DNA of 64,000 nucleotides, from assembly GCA_045645425.1 (NCBI GenBank), contig JAZRIS010000004.1:103445-167444 (forward strand), in the 5' to 3' direction. The notes beneath the pieces are model-generated. The model worked only from the letters and a program-made list of their open reading frames with translations. It searched no databases and was not told the origin of the DNA. The stretch comes from Barnesiella sp. (GTDB lineage: Bacteria > Bacteroidota > Bacteroidia > Bacteroidales > Barnesiellaceae_A). Shown here piece by piece: positions 30,279-40,054 of this stretch. The first letter of the stretch is position 1; the number at the start of each line of letters is the position of its first letter. The position numbers were made by a program, and so were the translations under genes.

Positions 30279-31025
30279 ATGACAAGCATAAAAGATGCCA
30301 TAAAACGATATCTGGAGCACCACAAGCGCCACTCAATGCAATGCCGTGCAGCACTCATAGACATGGACGGTGTATTGTACGACTCCATGCCCAACCATGC
30401 CGAGGCATGGTATCGCACCCTTGCCCCATTGGGCATTGATTGCACGAGAGAAGACTTTTTCTTGCTCGAAGGCAGCACCCGACGACGCACCATCAATACG
30501 TTTTTCAACAAGACATACGGACATGATGCCCCCGAAGAGCTATCTCGCGCCTTGTATGACGAAAAGGTGCGACAATTCAGACAACTCAAAGAGGCCTCCC
30601 GCATGCCTCATGCCGACAAAATGATTGCATCACTGTTGGCTCACAACGTGCGCACTGTACTTGTCACAGGATCGAGCCAAGGTACTTTGCTCGAACTACT
30701 TGACAACGACTACCCCAAGGCATTCAATATGCCCTACCGCATTACAGGCGAAGATGTGCAACACGGCAAACCCTCGCCCGAGCCCTACTTGATGGGATTG
30801 CAACGTGCAGGTGTCAATGCCCATGAAGCTATTGTAATAGAGAATGCACCATTGGGAGTAGAAGCCGGCGTTGCGGCCGGAATATTTACGATAGCGGTCA
30901 ATACAGGCCCCATAAAGGCCGACACCCTCTATGATGCCGGTGCCGATATAGTATTTGACTCGATGCCCCACTTTGCCGCCCACATCGACCAACTCATCGA
31001 AACCATCAATACCTTGGAGATATGA
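30279..31025 (+). CDS. HAD-superfamily hydrolase (beta-phosphoglucomutase-like subfamily IA)
   Basis: Motif I ALIDMDGVLYDS, motif II LVTGS, and the late K...ENAPLGVEAGVAAG motif. Confidence 0.8.
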   Translation: MTSIKDAIKRYLEHHKRHSMQCRAALIDMDGVLYDSMPNHAEAWYRTLAPLGIDCTREDFFLLEGSTRRRTINTFFNKTYGHDAPEELSRALYDEKVRQFRQLKEASRMPHADKMIASLLAHNVRTVLVTGSSQGTLLELLDNDYPKAFNMPYRITGEDVQHGKPSPEPYLMGLQRAGVNAHEAIVIENAPLGVEAGVAAGIFTIAVNTGPIKADTLYDAGADIVFDSMPHFAAHIDQLIETINTLEI

Positions 31026-32077
31026 AACAAGAGATTATCTATACCAACCATATCAATGAGGCTATTGACGAGATATTCCAAAGCAAGCCCTACGACCATT
31101 GCTTTGCACTATGCGACAGCAATACACACCGGCAAGTGCTTCCTCGCATAGCATCACACCACATCGACCAAGAGAGAATAATTGTCATCCCGGCAGGCGA
31201 AGAACACAAAAACATCGACACATTGACTGCCGTATGGAACGAATTGAGCCAAAAGGGAGCTACACGACACTCGCTCCTTATAAACATAGGCGGAGGAATG
31301 GTAACCGACCTTGGAGGGATGGCAGCAGCTACCTTCAAGCGTGGCATAGACTTTTGTAACATACCCACCACATTGTTGGGTGCAGTAGATGCCGCCATAG
31401 GAGGAAAAACAGGCATAAACTTTGGAGGACTGAAAAATGAGATTGGCGCTTTTGCTCATGCCCGACAAGTAATCATATCGACCCTGTTTTTTGATACACT
31501 GCCACACAAAGAGTTGCTATCGGGCTATGCCGAAATGCTGAAACACGGCTTGATAGATAGCGAAAGGCACTACTACGAACTTATCGAAACCGATATAACA
31601 GCCATAGAACCGGACAACCTACTCTCGCTACTGCAACATTCTATCGGGATAAAACAAGCCATTACACATCAAGACCCGCTTGAAAAAGGAATACGCCGAG
31701 TTCTCAACTTGGGTCACACCATTGGTCATGCCATCGAAGAGCACTCACACCTGCACGGGCACCCTGTACCACATGGCTATGCCATAGCATGGGGGTTGGT
31801 GTGCGAGCTCATCATTGCACATCGTGCAATATCCTTTCCCTCTACTATTTTGTACGACTTGGCTCACTATATAGAAAAGCACTACGGATCATACCCCATC
31901 ACTTGCGACGACTACGACGAGTTGATTACATTCATGTTGCACGACAAAAAGAACAAAGGCAAGAATATCAATTTCTCTCTACTGAAAAAAATAGGAGAAT
32001 ACAGCATCGACAATTACATAAGTCGCGATGAAATAGAAATTGCACTCGATTTTTATAGAGATTTATTCCATCTGTAA
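31022..32077 (+). CDS. aroB: 3-dehydroquinate synthase
   Basis: NIGGGMVTDLGGMAAATFKRGIDFCNIPTTLLGAVDAAIGGKTGINF and LNLGHTIGHAIE motifs. The ATGA start overlaps the upstream stop. Confidence 0.9.
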   Translation: MKQEIIYTNHINEAIDEIFQSKPYDHCFALCDSNTHRQVLPRIASHHIDQERIIVIPAGEEHKNIDTLTAVWNELSQKGATRHSLLINIGGGMVTDLGGMAAATFKRGIDFCNIPTTLLGAVDAAIGGKTGINFGGLKNEIGAFAHARQVIISTLFFDTLPHKELLSGYAEMLKHGLIDSERHYYELIETDITAIEPDNLLSLLQHSIGIKQAITHQDPLEKGIRRVLNLGHTIGHAIEEHSHLHGHPVPHGYAIAWGLVCELIIAHRAISFPSTILYDLAHYIEKHYGSYPITCDDYDELITFMLHDKKNKGKNINFSLLKKIGEYSIDNYISRDEIEIALDFYRDLFHL

Positions 32078-32154
32078 ATGAGCAACTTATAAATTATTTA
32101 TAAAATAAATTGAAAAAAACTTGCCAAAACATTTGCAGGTAATAAAAAAATCGT

Positions 32155-32162
32155 TACCTTTG
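32155..32162 (+). promoter_or_regulatory. -7 box TACCTTTG for tRNA-Pro
   Basis: Part of TTACCTTTGCATC, ending 16 nt before the tRNA 5' end. The same 13-mer precedes tRNA-Arg on the other strand. Confidence 0.6.
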
Positions 32163-32177
32163 CATCACCTTTTCAGA

Positions 32178-32252
32178 CGGGGTGTAGCTCAGCCCGGTTA
32201 GAGTACACGTCTGGGGGGCGTGTTGTCGCTGGTTCGAATCCAGTCACCCCGA
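32178..32252 (+). tRNA. tRNA-Pro (anticodon GGG)
   Basis: Hand-folded cloverleaf of 75 nt. Acceptor CGGGGTG/CACCCCG, D arm GCTC..GAGT, anticodon stem CACGT/GCGTG with loop CTGGGGG, T arm GCTGG-TTCGAAT-CCAGT, discriminator A. CCA is not encoded. Confidence 0.9.
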
Positions 32253-32267
32253 CCGAGCAAAAGTAAG

Positions 32268-32303
32268 AAATTGTGTCAAATTATTTTGACACAATTTTTT
32301 TTT
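32268..32303 (+). terminator. intrinsic terminator after tRNA-Pro
   Basis: AAATTGTGTCAAA / TTTGACACAATTT 13-bp stem with loop TTAT, followed by a T-run. Confidence 0.8.
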
Positions 32304-32325
32304 GCATATACCCACCCACATGCGC

Positions 32326-32392
32326 GCAAAGGCTGCAAGTTCGGGTTAATTGTAAAATGATAGGATGAAAATGAGGTCAAAGGCTGCAAGTT
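32326..32392. repeat. 16-nt perfect direct repeat CAAAGGCTGCAAGTTC, two copies 51 nt apart
   Basis: Copies at 32326-32341 and 32377-32392, in the spacer between the two convergent tRNA terminators. Confidence 0.8.
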
Positions 32393-32473
32393 CTATAAAC
32401 AATCATAGTAAAAGGTGGGCGAAGAAAAGAAACACGTTTAAGTTTTCCTCCTAATCGTATTCATATTGTACAA

Positions 32474-32512
32474 ATAAAAAACAGCGTTGTAATCATGGAT
32501 TACAACGCTGTT
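32474..32512 (-). terminator. intrinsic terminator after tRNA-Arg
   Basis: AACAGCGTTGTAATC / GATTACAACGCTGTT 15-bp stem with loop ATG. On the minus strand it is followed by TTTTTTATTTG. Confidence 0.8.
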
Positions 32513-32517
32513 GCTTG

Positions 32518-32591
32518 TGATTGAGCAGGGATTCGAACCCTGGACCCACAGCTTAGAAGGCTGTTGCTCTATCCAGCTGAGCTACTCAACC
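32518..32591 (-). tRNA. tRNA-Arg (anticodon TCT)
   Basis: The reverse complement folds as a 74-nt cloverleaf. Acceptor GGTTGAG/CTCAATC, D arm GCTC-AGCTGGATA-GAGC, anticodon stem ACAGC/GCTGT with loop CTTCTAA, T arm CAGGG-TTCGAAT-CCCTG, discriminator A. Confidence 0.9.
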
Positions 32592-32607
32592 GACCTATAA
32601 AGCGATG

Positions 32608-32615
32608 CAAAGGTA
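32608..32615 (-). promoter_or_regulatory. -7 box TACCTTTG (minus strand) for tRNA-Arg
   Basis: The minus strand reads TTACCTTTGCATC, ending 17 nt before the tRNA 5' end. Confidence 0.6.
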
Positions 32616-32914
32616 AGCATTATAATTGAAATATAAAAACGAAGACTTGAAAATTATAATAACATCGGGCATAAATCATATATTTTGTACCATTGGGCAG
32701 CATCGCACAGGCTTGCCCAATAGCATCATATCATATAGGCATCATGCGGCTTATGACAAGCCGTGTGGCGTGGAAGAAGAAGAAGCGAACAAAGTGCCTC
32801 ACTGCGCAATAACAAAAGCACAGAGGCTTGCAAATCATACAACAGAGAAGCAATCGCGAGAAGTGGTCTATACGATAGGCTTCATAGTATATACAGGCAC
32901 GTACAAACCGCCGG

Positions 32915-32961
32915 CACGAACAAAACAAAAAGCCCCGTATTCGTGAAGAATACAGGGCTTT
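32915..32961 (-). terminator. intrinsic terminator at the end of the ribosomal super-operon (after rplQ)
   Basis: Stem 32929-32942 / 32948-32961 (AAGCCCCGTATTC / GAATACAGGGCTT, one mismatch). On the minus strand it is followed by TTTTTGTTTTGTT. Confidence 0.7.
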
Positions 32962-32979
32962 TCGATATTGTCAATAATC

Positions 32980-33450
32980 TTATTCTGCAGCGGGAGCTTC
33001 TGTGGCAGGAGCTTCGGGAGTAGCAGTTGTAGATTTTTTTGAACGACGTGTGCGAGTAGTTTTTTTCTCGGCTTTCTCTTTGAGCATGTTTTCGTTGTAG
33101 TCCACAAGCTCAATGAGGCAAGTTTTGGCATTATCACCAAGACGGTTACCGGTCTTGAGGATACGAGTGTAACCTCCGGGACGGTCGCCAACCTTAGCAG
33201 CTACTTCTTTAAACAACTCTGTTACAGCATACTTGTTTTGAAGGTAGCTGAAAACTACACGGCGAGAAGCAGTAGTGTCTTCTTTAGCTTTTGTAATGAG
33301 GGGTTCAACGTACACTCTCAAGGCTTTGGCTTTTGCCAAAGTTGTGAAGATTCTTTTGTGGAGAATCAACGATGATGCCATGTTTGACAAAAGGGCATCG
33401 CGGTGAGCTTTGGTACGACCCAAGTGATTGAATTTTTTATTGTGTCTCAT
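32980..33450 (-). CDS. rplQ: 50S ribosomal protein L17 (bL17) with an Ala/Pro/Thr/Glu-rich C-terminal tail
   Basis: [45 protein letters not shown]... It is the last gene after rpoA. Confidence 0.95.
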   Translation of the reverse strand: MRHNKKFNHLGRTKAHRDALLSNMASSLILHKRIFTTLAKAKALRVYVEPLITKAKEDTTASRRVVFSYLQNKYAVTELFKEVAAKVGDRPGGYTRILKTGNRLGDNAKTCLIELVDYNENMLKEKAEKKTTRTRRSKKSTTATPEAPATEAPAAE

Positions 33451-33454
33451 CGTT

Positions 33455-34447
33455 TTACTCTTTATCTAATTTATACTTAGAGGTATCCATTCCGAAAGAG
33501 AGGTTGAGGCTTGCCAACATCTCGTCGAGCTCGGTAAGTGATTTTTTACCGAAGTTACGGAATTTGAGGAGGTCGGTTTTATTGAATACAACCAACTCAC
33601 CCAATGTTTCTACGTCGGCCGACTTCAAGCAGTTAAGCGCGCGCACCGAAAGACCCATATCGACGAGCTTCTTTTGCAAGAGCTGACGTGTACGGAGTAC
33701 TTCCTCATCAAATTCCTCACCTCCATCAGCATCGGAAGTTTCGAGCGTGATCTTCTCATCAGAGAAGAGCATAAAGTGGTGAATGAGGATTTTAGCGGCT
33801 TCTTTGAGGGCCTCTTTGGGATGGATTGAACCGTCGGTTGTAATTTCTAAAGTAAGTTTCTCATAGTCGGTCTTTTGCTCTACACGGAAGTCTTCGCGAG
33901 TGTATTTAACGTTGCGAATAGGTGTAAAGATAGAGTCGATAGCTATAACATCGATGGCATCGTTGGGAGTGCGGTTCTCGTCAGCGGGGACATAACCACG
34001 ACCCTTGTTGATGGTAAGTTCGATATTGAAACTTGCATTAGTATCGAGATGGCAAATTACCAATTCGGGGTTAAGGACTTCAAAACCGGTGAGCGACTTG
34101 CTTATATCGCCGGCCTTGAATACATCTGTACCCGACACGCTGATAGAGACTTTTTCGTTCTCGATTTCTTCGACAATTTGTTTAAATCTCACCTTTTTGA
34201 GGTTGAGAATGATGTTTGTAACATCTTCGATTACTCCGGGTATTGAGGAGAACTCGTGTTTAACACCATCGATACGAATCGAGGTAATGGCAAAGCCTTC
34301 GAGCGAGTTAAGGAGGATACGACGTAGTGCGTTACCGATAGTAACTGCATAGCCGGGCTCCAAAGGACGGAACTCAAACTTACCAAAGAAGTTGTCCGCC
34401 TCCAGCATCAATACTTTGTCAGGTTTTTGAAATGCTAAAATTGCCAT
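33455..34447 (-). CDS. rpoA: DNA-directed RNA polymerase subunit alpha
   Basis: 330 aa. Contains [34 protein letters not shown] and the C-terminal [13 protein letters not shown] motif. Confidence 0.97.
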   Translation of the reverse strand: MAILAFQKPDKVLMLEADNFFGKFEFRPLEPGYAVTIGNALRRILLNSLEGFAITSIRIDGVKHEFSSIPGVIEDVTNIILNLKKVRFKQIVEEIENEKVSISVSGTDVFKAGDISKSLTGFEVLNPELVICHLDTNASFNIELTINKGRGYVPADENRTPNDAIDVIAIDSIFTPIRNVKYTREDFRVEQKTDYEKLTLEITTDGSIHPKEALKEAAKILIHHFMLFSDEKITLETSDADGGEEFDEEVLRTRQLLQKKLVDMGLSVRALNCLKSADVETLGELVVFNKTDLLKFRNFGKKSLTELDEMLASLNLSFGMDTSKYKLDKE

Positions 34448-34458
34448 TTGACTACTTA

Positions 34459-35064
34459 TTATTTAGAATACAACTCAACAATCGCTTGTTCCTTAATGTT
34501 CTCGGGGATATCGGCACGCTCGGGGAGGTGCAAGAGTTTACCGCTCTTAGAAGCTTCGTCCCACTCAATCCAAGGATATTTGCTGTGGTTGAAACCTGCC
34601 AATGAATCGGCAATAACCTCAAGAGATTTAGATTTTTCGCGAACACCGATAACTTCGCCGGGTTTCACTGAGTAAGAGGCGATGTTTACAACTTTGCCAT
34701 TCACAACGATGTGACGGTGGAGCACTAATTGACGAGCAGCAGCACGAGTGGGAGCAATACCCAAGCGATATACTACGTTGTCGAGACGTGCCTCAAGAAG
34801 TTGAAGGAGTACCTCACCGGTGATACCTTTCTTACGAGATGCTCTCTCGAAGAGATTGCGGAATTGTTTTTCAAGCACACCATAGGTGTATTTGGCTTTT
34901 TGTTTCTCACGAAGCTGAATACCATACTCTGATGTTTTACGACGCTTGTTTACGCCGTGCTGACCGGGAGGATAGTTCTTCTTAGAGAGGACTTTGTCGG
35001 GGCCATAGATAGCTTCGCCAAATTTGCGAGCGATTTTGGATTTAGGTCCGGTATATCTTGCCAT
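34459..35064 (-). CDS. rpsD: 30S ribosomal protein S4 (uS4)
   Basis: [21 protein letters not shown]... Confidence 0.97.
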   Translation of the reverse strand: MARYTGPKSKIARKFGEAIYGPDKVLSKKNYPPGQHGVNKRRKTSEYGIQLREKQKAKYTYGVLEKQFRNLFERASRKKGITGEVLLQLLEARLDNVVYRLGIAPTRAAARQLVLHRHIVVNGKVVNIASYSVKPGEVIGVREKSKSLEVIADSLAGFNHSKYPWIEWDEASKSGKLLHLPERADIPENIKEQAIVELYSK

Positions 35065-35189
35065 TTCTAAAAGTTTTAAATTTTAAATTTTGTCTCGAAC
35101 CGGGAAGAGTGCAGCCGCGATTGCAGAGAGGAGATTAGTGCAATCTATTCACTATTCGGGATTCTGTTACTAAATACTGAGTTGTTTTA
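35065..35189 (-). promoter_or_regulatory. 125-nt rpsK-rpsD intercistronic spacer; possible S4 autoregulatory leader
   Basis: This spacer is unusually long for this operon, where most junctions are 0-30 nt. It contains local hairpins, e.g. AGATT-GCACT-AATCT on the minus strand. The assignment is inferred only. Confidence 0.3.
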
Positions 35190-35579
35190 TTATACTCTTC
35201 TTCTTTTGGGAGGACGACAACCATTGTGGGGAAGCGGAGTAACGTCGATGATCTCTGTTACTTCGATACCTGCACCGTGAATTGTACGGATGGCCGACTC
35301 ACGACCATTACCGGGTCCTTTTACATAGGCTTTAACTTTGCGAAGACCGAGGTCGAAAGCAACTTTTGCACAATCTTGTGCTGCCATTTGAGCAGCATAA
35401 GGAGTGTTTTTCTTAGAACCACGGAAGCCCATTTTACCTGCCGAAGACCAAGAGATTACTTGACCTTCACCGTTGGCAAGCGATACGATAATGTTGTTGA
35501 ACGAAGAGTGGATATGTGCTTGTCCTACTGCATCGACTTTAACATTCCTCTTCTTTGTTGCGACTGTTTTTTTTGCCAT
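35190..35579 (-). CDS. rpsK: 30S ribosomal protein S11 (uS11)
   Basis: ...[46 protein letters not shown]... Confidence 0.97.
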   Translation of the reverse strand: MAKKTVATKKRNVKVDAVGQAHIHSSFNNIIVSLANGEGQVISWSSAGKMGFRGSKKNTPYAAQMAAQDCAKVAFDLGLRKVKAYVKGPGNGRESAIRTIHGAGIEVTEIIDVTPLPHNGCRPPKRRRV

Positions 35580-35588
35580 AGTTACTTA

Positions 35589-35969
35589 TTATTTAGTAGC
35601 TTTTTTCTTGTTAGCAACTGTTTTCTTCTTACCCTTACGTGTACGGGCATTGTTTTTGGTGCTTTGACCACGTACGGGCAAGCCGATACGGTGACGGATA
35701 CCGCGATAGCAACCGATATCCATGAGTCGTTTGATATTGAGTTGTACTTCGGTGCGGAGATCACCTTCTACTTTGTACTCTGCGCCAATAATCTCACGAA
35801 TCTTAGCAGCCTCGGCATCTGTCCAATCTTTTACCTTGGTTGCTTTGTTTACGCCGGCCTTTTCCAAAATGGTCTTGGCTGCGCTGCGACCTATACCATA
35901 GATATAGGTCAAGGCTATTTCGCCTTGCTTGTTTTGCGGCAAGTCTACACCAACAATTCTTACTGCCAT
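35589..35969 (-). CDS. rpsM: 30S ribosomal protein S13 (uS13)
   Basis: [40 protein letters not shown]... Confidence 0.97.
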   Translation of the reverse strand: MAVRIVGVDLPQNKQGEIALTYIYGIGRSAAKTILEKAGVNKATKVKDWTDAEAAKIREIIGAEYKVEGDLRTEVQLNIKRLMDIGCYRGIRHRIGLPVRGQSTKNNARTRKGKKKTVANKKKATK

Positions 35970-36007
35970 ATTATATTACTTTTTTTGATTTTGCAAAAAT
36001 AATAAAA

Positions 36008-36124
36008 TTATCCCTGACGTTGTTTATATTTGGGATTTTTCTTGTTAATTACATATAAGCGACCTTTGCGACGTACGATTTTGCTGTCGGCTGTGCGCTT
36101 TTTGATGGATGCTCTTACTTTCAT
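36008..36124 (-). CDS. rpmJ: 50S ribosomal protein L36 (bL36), Cys-less (C-minus) form
   Basis: Below the ORF-track length cutoff. Hand translation gives [38 protein letters not shown], 38 aa, between infA and rpsM. Confidence 0.92.
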   Translation of the reverse strand: MKVRASIKKRTADSKIVRRKGRLYVINKKNPKYKQRQG

Positions 36125-36139
36125 GTCGTTATGTATTTT

Positions 36140-36358
36140 TTATTTATATCTAAAAGCAATTCTTCCTTTGGTGAGATCGTAGGGTGACATTTCTACTCTT
36201 ACTTTGTCACCGGGCAATATACGAATGTAGTGCATGCGCATCTTTCCCGATATGTGAGCCGTAATTTCGTGTCCGTTCTCAAGTTCCACTCGGAACATGG
36301 CGTTTGACAACGCCTCTACGATGATACCATCTTGTTCTATTGCTGCTTGTTTTGCCAT
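36140..36358 (-). CDS. infA: translation initiation factor IF-1
   Basis: The tracked ORF 36140..36508 is over-extended into map. The true 72-aa product starts [72 protein letters not shown]. Confidence 0.95.
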   Translation of the reverse strand: MAKQAAIEQDGIIVEALSNAMFRVELENGHEITAHISGKMRMHYIRILPGDKVRVEMSPYDLTKGRIAFRYK

Positions 36359-36372
36359 ATTATTAACGTTGT

Positions 36373-37158
36373 TTAAATACGATTTTCTCCTAAAACCTCC
36401 TCGATATAATCGAATGTTGATAATATTTCGGCGGGGCCGTCTTGTGTTATTGCTACTGTGTGTTCGTAGTGTGCCGATGGCTTGCGGTCGCGTGTGCGGG
36501 CTGTCCATCCATCACTCTCTACAACCACATTGCGCGAGCCGAGATTAATCATAGGCTCTATGGCTATACACATTCCCTTCTTGAGAAGTGGGCCACATCC
36601 TCTGCGTCCATAGTTGGGCACCTCGGGGTCTTCGTGCAACTTGCGGCCTATTCCGTGTCCGATAAATTCTCTTACTACTGAATAACCGCGAGCTTCGCAA
36701 TATGTTTGTACGGCGTTCGAAATATCTCCTATGCGGTTGCCTGCAATGGCCTTTTCGATACCTTGGTATAGCGACTCCTTGGTTGTGCGCAGGAGTGACA
36801 TTACCTCAGGGGCTACTTGGCCTACGGCAAATGTATAGGCAGAGTCACCGTTATATCCTTGAACAATAGCGCCACAATCGACAGAAACTATATCTCCATC
36901 GCGAAGCACATAGCTCGAAGGAAATCCATGAACAATGTTTTCATTGACCGATATGCACAGGGTGAAGGGAAAACCTCCATATCCTTTGAAACCGGGAATG
37001 CCTCCGTTGTCACGGATAAATTGTTCGGCTATCTGGTCAAGACGCAAGGTGGTAATTCCCGGGGCTATCCACCGGGCTATCTCGCCCAGTGTCTTGCCCA
37101 CGAGTCTATTACTTTCTCGCATCAAGGCTATCTCATCGTCGGTCTTAAGATATATCAT
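36373..37158 (-). CDS. map: type I methionine aminopeptidase
   Basis: 261 aa. Metal-ligand contexts [35 protein letters not shown] and YEHTVAIT. Confidence 0.95.
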   Translation of the reverse strand: MIYLKTDDEIALMRESNRLVGKTLGEIARWIAPGITTLRLDQIAEQFIRDNGGIPGFKGYGGFPFTLCISVNENIVHGFPSSYVLRDGDIVSVDCGAIVQGYNGDSAYTFAVGQVAPEVMSLLRTTKESLYQGIEKAIAGNRIGDISNAVQTYCEARGYSVVREFIGHGIGRKLHEDPEVPNYGRRGCGPLLKKGMCIAIEPMINLGSRNVVVESDGWTARTRDRKPSAHYEHTVAITQDGPAEILSTFDYIEEVLGENRI

Positions 37159-37171
37159 CTTTAACGATTAA

Positions 37172-38491
37172 TTAATAACCTGCGCGACCTTTAATTTTGC
37201 CCGACTTCATAAGACCATCGTAATGGTGCATCATGAGGTGGCTCTCTATTTGTTGAAGTGTATCGAGTACTACACCCACCAAGATGAGCAATGATGTTCC
37301 ACCAAAGAATTGAGAGAACTCGGCGCTCACACCTGCTGCTTGAGCAAATGCAGGAAGGATAGCAACAATTGCGAGGAAGAATGATCCGGGCAATGTGATA
37401 CGCGACATAATAGAGTCAAGGTATTCGGCTGTTTTCTTACCGGGTTTTACACCGGGAATAAAGCCGTTGTTCTGCTTCATGTTTTCAGCCATTTGAGTGG
37501 GTTGCACTGTGATAGCTGTATAAAAGTAGGTAAAGGCAATAATCAACAGCGCAAAAATGGCGTTGTACCAGAAACCTGTCATCGACATGAATGAACGGAA
37601 GAATGTTGAGCTTGCAGCCTCGGCATTGAAACCTACAATGGTAATAGGAATAAACATGATGGCTTGTGCAAAGATGATAGGCATTACACCTGCAGTATTA
37701 ACCTTGAGGGGTATATACTGTCTTGCACCACCATATTGTTTGTTACCTACGATACGCTTGGCATATTGTACGGGTACTTTGCGTACGCCTTGTACAAGCA
37801 AGATGGCCAATGCGATAACCAAGAGAAGGAATACAATCTCTACCAAGAAGATAACCAATCCTCCTTGTTGTGAAGTGAAGCGGTTGGTAAACTCTTGGGC
37901 AAGAGCCAAGGGAAGACGTGCGATGATACCGATGAGGATGATGAACGAGATACCGTTGCCAATACCACGATCGGTGATGCGCTCGCCAAGCCACATGATA
38001 AACATACTACCAGCAGCCAATACGATTGTAGAAACTACCAAGAAAGCCCATCCGTCGGGGAAGGCAGCACCCATTTGTACTCGGAGGTTTACAAGGTATG
38101 CGGGACCTTGCAACATAAGGATGAGCACAGTGAGATAGCGTGTATATTGGTTGAGTTTCATGCGGCCGCTCTCGCCTTCACGTTGCATTTTTTGGAACGA
38201 GGGCAAGACCATGCCGAGCAACTGTATCACAATCGAAGCGGTGATGTAGGGCATGATACCTAATGCAAAAATTGAAGCATTAGAGAAGGCACCACCCGAG
38301 AACATGTCGAGGAGTTGCATCAAGCCACCGCTTGTTTGTGAACGCAATGCGTCGAGCTGCATGGGATCGACACCGGGAAGGACCACGAATGATCCTACCC
38401 GATATACGAGTACCAATAGGATAGTCGAGATAATTCGCTTGCGCAAATCTTCGATTTTCCAGATGTTTTGTATTGTTTTAATAGCTCCCAT
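37172..38491 (-). CDS. secY: preprotein translocase subunit SecY
   Basis: 439 aa, ten hydrophobic segments, ...LGIMPYITASIVIQLL... Confidence 0.97.
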   Translation of the reverse strand: MGAIKTIQNIWKIEDLRKRIISTILLVLVYRVGSFVVLPGVDPMQLDALRSQTSGGLMQLLDMFSGGAFSNASIFALGIMPYITASIVIQLLGMVLPSFQKMQREGESGRMKLNQYTRYLTVLILMLQGPAYLVNLRVQMGAAFPDGWAFLVVSTIVLAAGSMFIMWLGERITDRGIGNGISFIILIGIIARLPLALAQEFTNRFTSQQGGLVIFLVEIVFLLLVIALAILLVQGVRKVPVQYAKRIVGNKQYGGARQYIPLKVNTAGVMPIIFAQAIMFIPITIVGFNAEAASSTFFRSFMSMTGFWYNAIFALLIIAFTYFYTAITVQPTQMAENMKQNNGFIPGVKPGKKTAEYLDSIMSRITLPGSFFLAIVAILPAFAQAAGVSAEFSQFFGGTSLLILVGVVLDTLQQIESHLMMHHYDGLMKSGKIKGRAGY

Positions 38492-38496
38492 TTTAA

Positions 38497-38943
38497 TTAG
38501 AGTTTAACTGCTGTTCCACCAGCGGCAACAATAGCAGCCTCGGCAGTCTTAGAGAAAGCGTGAGCTGTTACTGTGAGGGCTACTGAAATAGCTCCGTTAG
38601 CAAGAATTTTAATGCGTTGTTTTGATGAGGCAAGACCAGCATCAACAAGAGCTTGTACATCGATAGCTTGCAAGTTGCGGCTTTCGGCAAGAGCTTGCAA
38701 AGTGTCGAGGTTGATAGCCTTGTACTCAACACGATTGATATTCTTGAAACCAAATTTGGGAACACGGCGTTGCAAGGGCATTTGACCACCCTCGAAGCCT
38801 ATTTTGCTTTTGTAACCCGAGCGTTGCTTGGCACCTTTGTGACCACGGGTAGAAGTACCACCCATGCCCGAACCGGGACCACGACCGATGCGTTTGCGAG
38901 AGAAGGTTGAACCTTCGGCGGGTTTTAAGTTACTCAAATCCAT
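38497..38943 (-). CDS. rplO: 50S ribosomal protein L15 (uL15)
   Basis: [43 protein letters not shown]... Confidence 0.97.
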   Translation of the reverse strand: MDLSNLKPAEGSTFSRKRIGRGPGSGMGGTSTRGHKGAKQRSGYKSKIGFEGGQMPLQRRVPKFGFKNINRVEYKAINLDTLQALAESRNLQAIDVQALVDAGLASSKQRIKILANGAISVALTVTAHAFSKTAEAAIVAAGGTAVKL

Positions 38944-38976
38944 ATTAGTGATGATTTAAAAGTTCGGTGGATAAAA

Positions 38977-39153
38977 TTAGTCAATAATAGCAACCAAGTG
39001 TTTCACTTTGGCAACCATACCAAGGATGGCGGGAGTTGCTTGGTGTTCAACAACACGACCCATGCGAGTCAAGCCGAGAGCATCGAGTGTACGGCATTGA
39101 TTTGCGGGGCATTTGATTCTACTTTTTACTTGTTTAATTTTGATAGTTTCCAT
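38977..39153 (-). CDS. rpmD: 50S ribosomal protein L30 (uL30)
   Basis: METIKIKQVKSRIKCPANQCRTLDALGLTRMGRVVEHQATPAILGMVAKVKHLVAIID. The tracked ORF starts 5 codons earlier (39168), so the start is ambiguous. Confidence 0.9.
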   Translation of the reverse strand: METIKIKQVKSRIKCPANQCRTLDALGLTRMGRVVEHQATPAILGMVAKVKHLVAIID

Positions 39154-39167
39154 TGTGTACTCCTCCA

Positions 39168-39686
39168 TTAGCCTTTAAAGACTGTTTCCATAGATACTCC
39201 GCGGTTTTGAGCAACCATAGAGGCATCTCTCAACTCGGCCAAAGCAGCGATAGTAGCTTTTACCAAGTTGTGGGGGTTAGACGAACCTTTTGATTTAGCA
39301 AGCACGTCGGTAACACCAACGCTTTCCAATACGGCACGCATAGCACCACCGGCTTTTACTCCGGTACCGTGAGATGCGGGCTTGATATATACTCGCGCAC
39401 CACCAAATTTGGCGTATTGATCGTGGGGAATTGTACCTTTGTGTACAGGAACTTTGATGAGGTTTTTCTTGGCTGCTTCTACACCTTTGGCAATAGCAGC
39501 AGTTACTTCGCCGGCTTTACCGAGACCCCAACCCACAATACCGTTTTCGTTACCTACAACTACGATGGCCGCAAATGTAAATGTACGTCCACCTTTTGTT
39601 ACTTTGGTAACACGGTTGATAGCGACCAAACGGTCTTTGAGTTCGAGGTCGCTAGTTGATTTTACTCTGTTGTTTTTTACTGCCAT
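39168..39686 (-). CDS. rpsE: 30S ribosomal protein S5 (uS5)
   Basis: ...[34 protein letters not shown]... Confidence 0.97.
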   Translation of the reverse strand: MAVKNNRVKSTSDLELKDRLVAINRVTKVTKGGRTFTFAAIVVVGNENGIVGWGLGKAGEVTAAIAKGVEAAKKNLIKVPVHKGTIPHDQYAKFGGARVYIKPASHGTGVKAGGAMRAVLESVGVTDVLAKSKGSSNPHNLVKATIAALAELRDASMVAQNRGVSMETVFKG

Positions 39687-39691
39687 AATGT

Positions 39692-40033
39692 TTAAAATTT
39701 AAGTCCACCGTTACGGGCGGCATCAGCCAATTCTTTAATTCTTCCGTGATAGAGGTAACCGTTACGGTCGAAAACGACAGTTGTGATACCTGCTTCTTGT
39801 GCTTTCTTGGCAATTTCGGCACCTACTTGTGCAGCTTGCTCTTTCTTGTTGCCACCTTCAATGTTGCGAGAAGATGCAGCAGCGAGAGTTTTACCGGCGA
39901 GGTCGTCGATGAGTTGCACATATATTTGCTTATTGCTGCGGAAAACAGTCATACGGGGACGTTGGGCAGTACCCGAGATTCTACCGCGAATACGCGTTTT
40001 TATCTTCAGTCTTCTTTCTATTTTCGTTGTCAT
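39692..40033 (-). CDS. rplR: 50S ribosomal protein L18 (uL18)
   Basis: ...[20 protein letters not shown]...[28 protein letters not shown]. Confidence 0.97.
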   Translation of the reverse strand: MTTKIERRLKIKTRIRGRISGTAQRPRMTVFRSNKQIYVQLIDDLAGKTLAAASSRNIEGGNKKEQAAQVGAEIAKKAQEAGITTVVFDRNGYLYHGRIKELADAARNGGLKF

Positions 40034-40054
40034 GATAATACCGTTTTACATGTT

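Noticed and set aside
32626-32946. 106-aa + strand ORF between tRNA-Arg and rplQ
   Set aside because: It spans a terminator hairpin and a tRNA promoter, has an implausible sequence, and has no promoter or start context.
36359-36508. 50-codon N-terminal extension of the infA ORF in the track
   Set aside because: The extension overlaps the 3' end of map in another frame and is Arg/Asn-rich nonsense. IF-1 is universally ~72 aa, and an ATG gives exactly that product.
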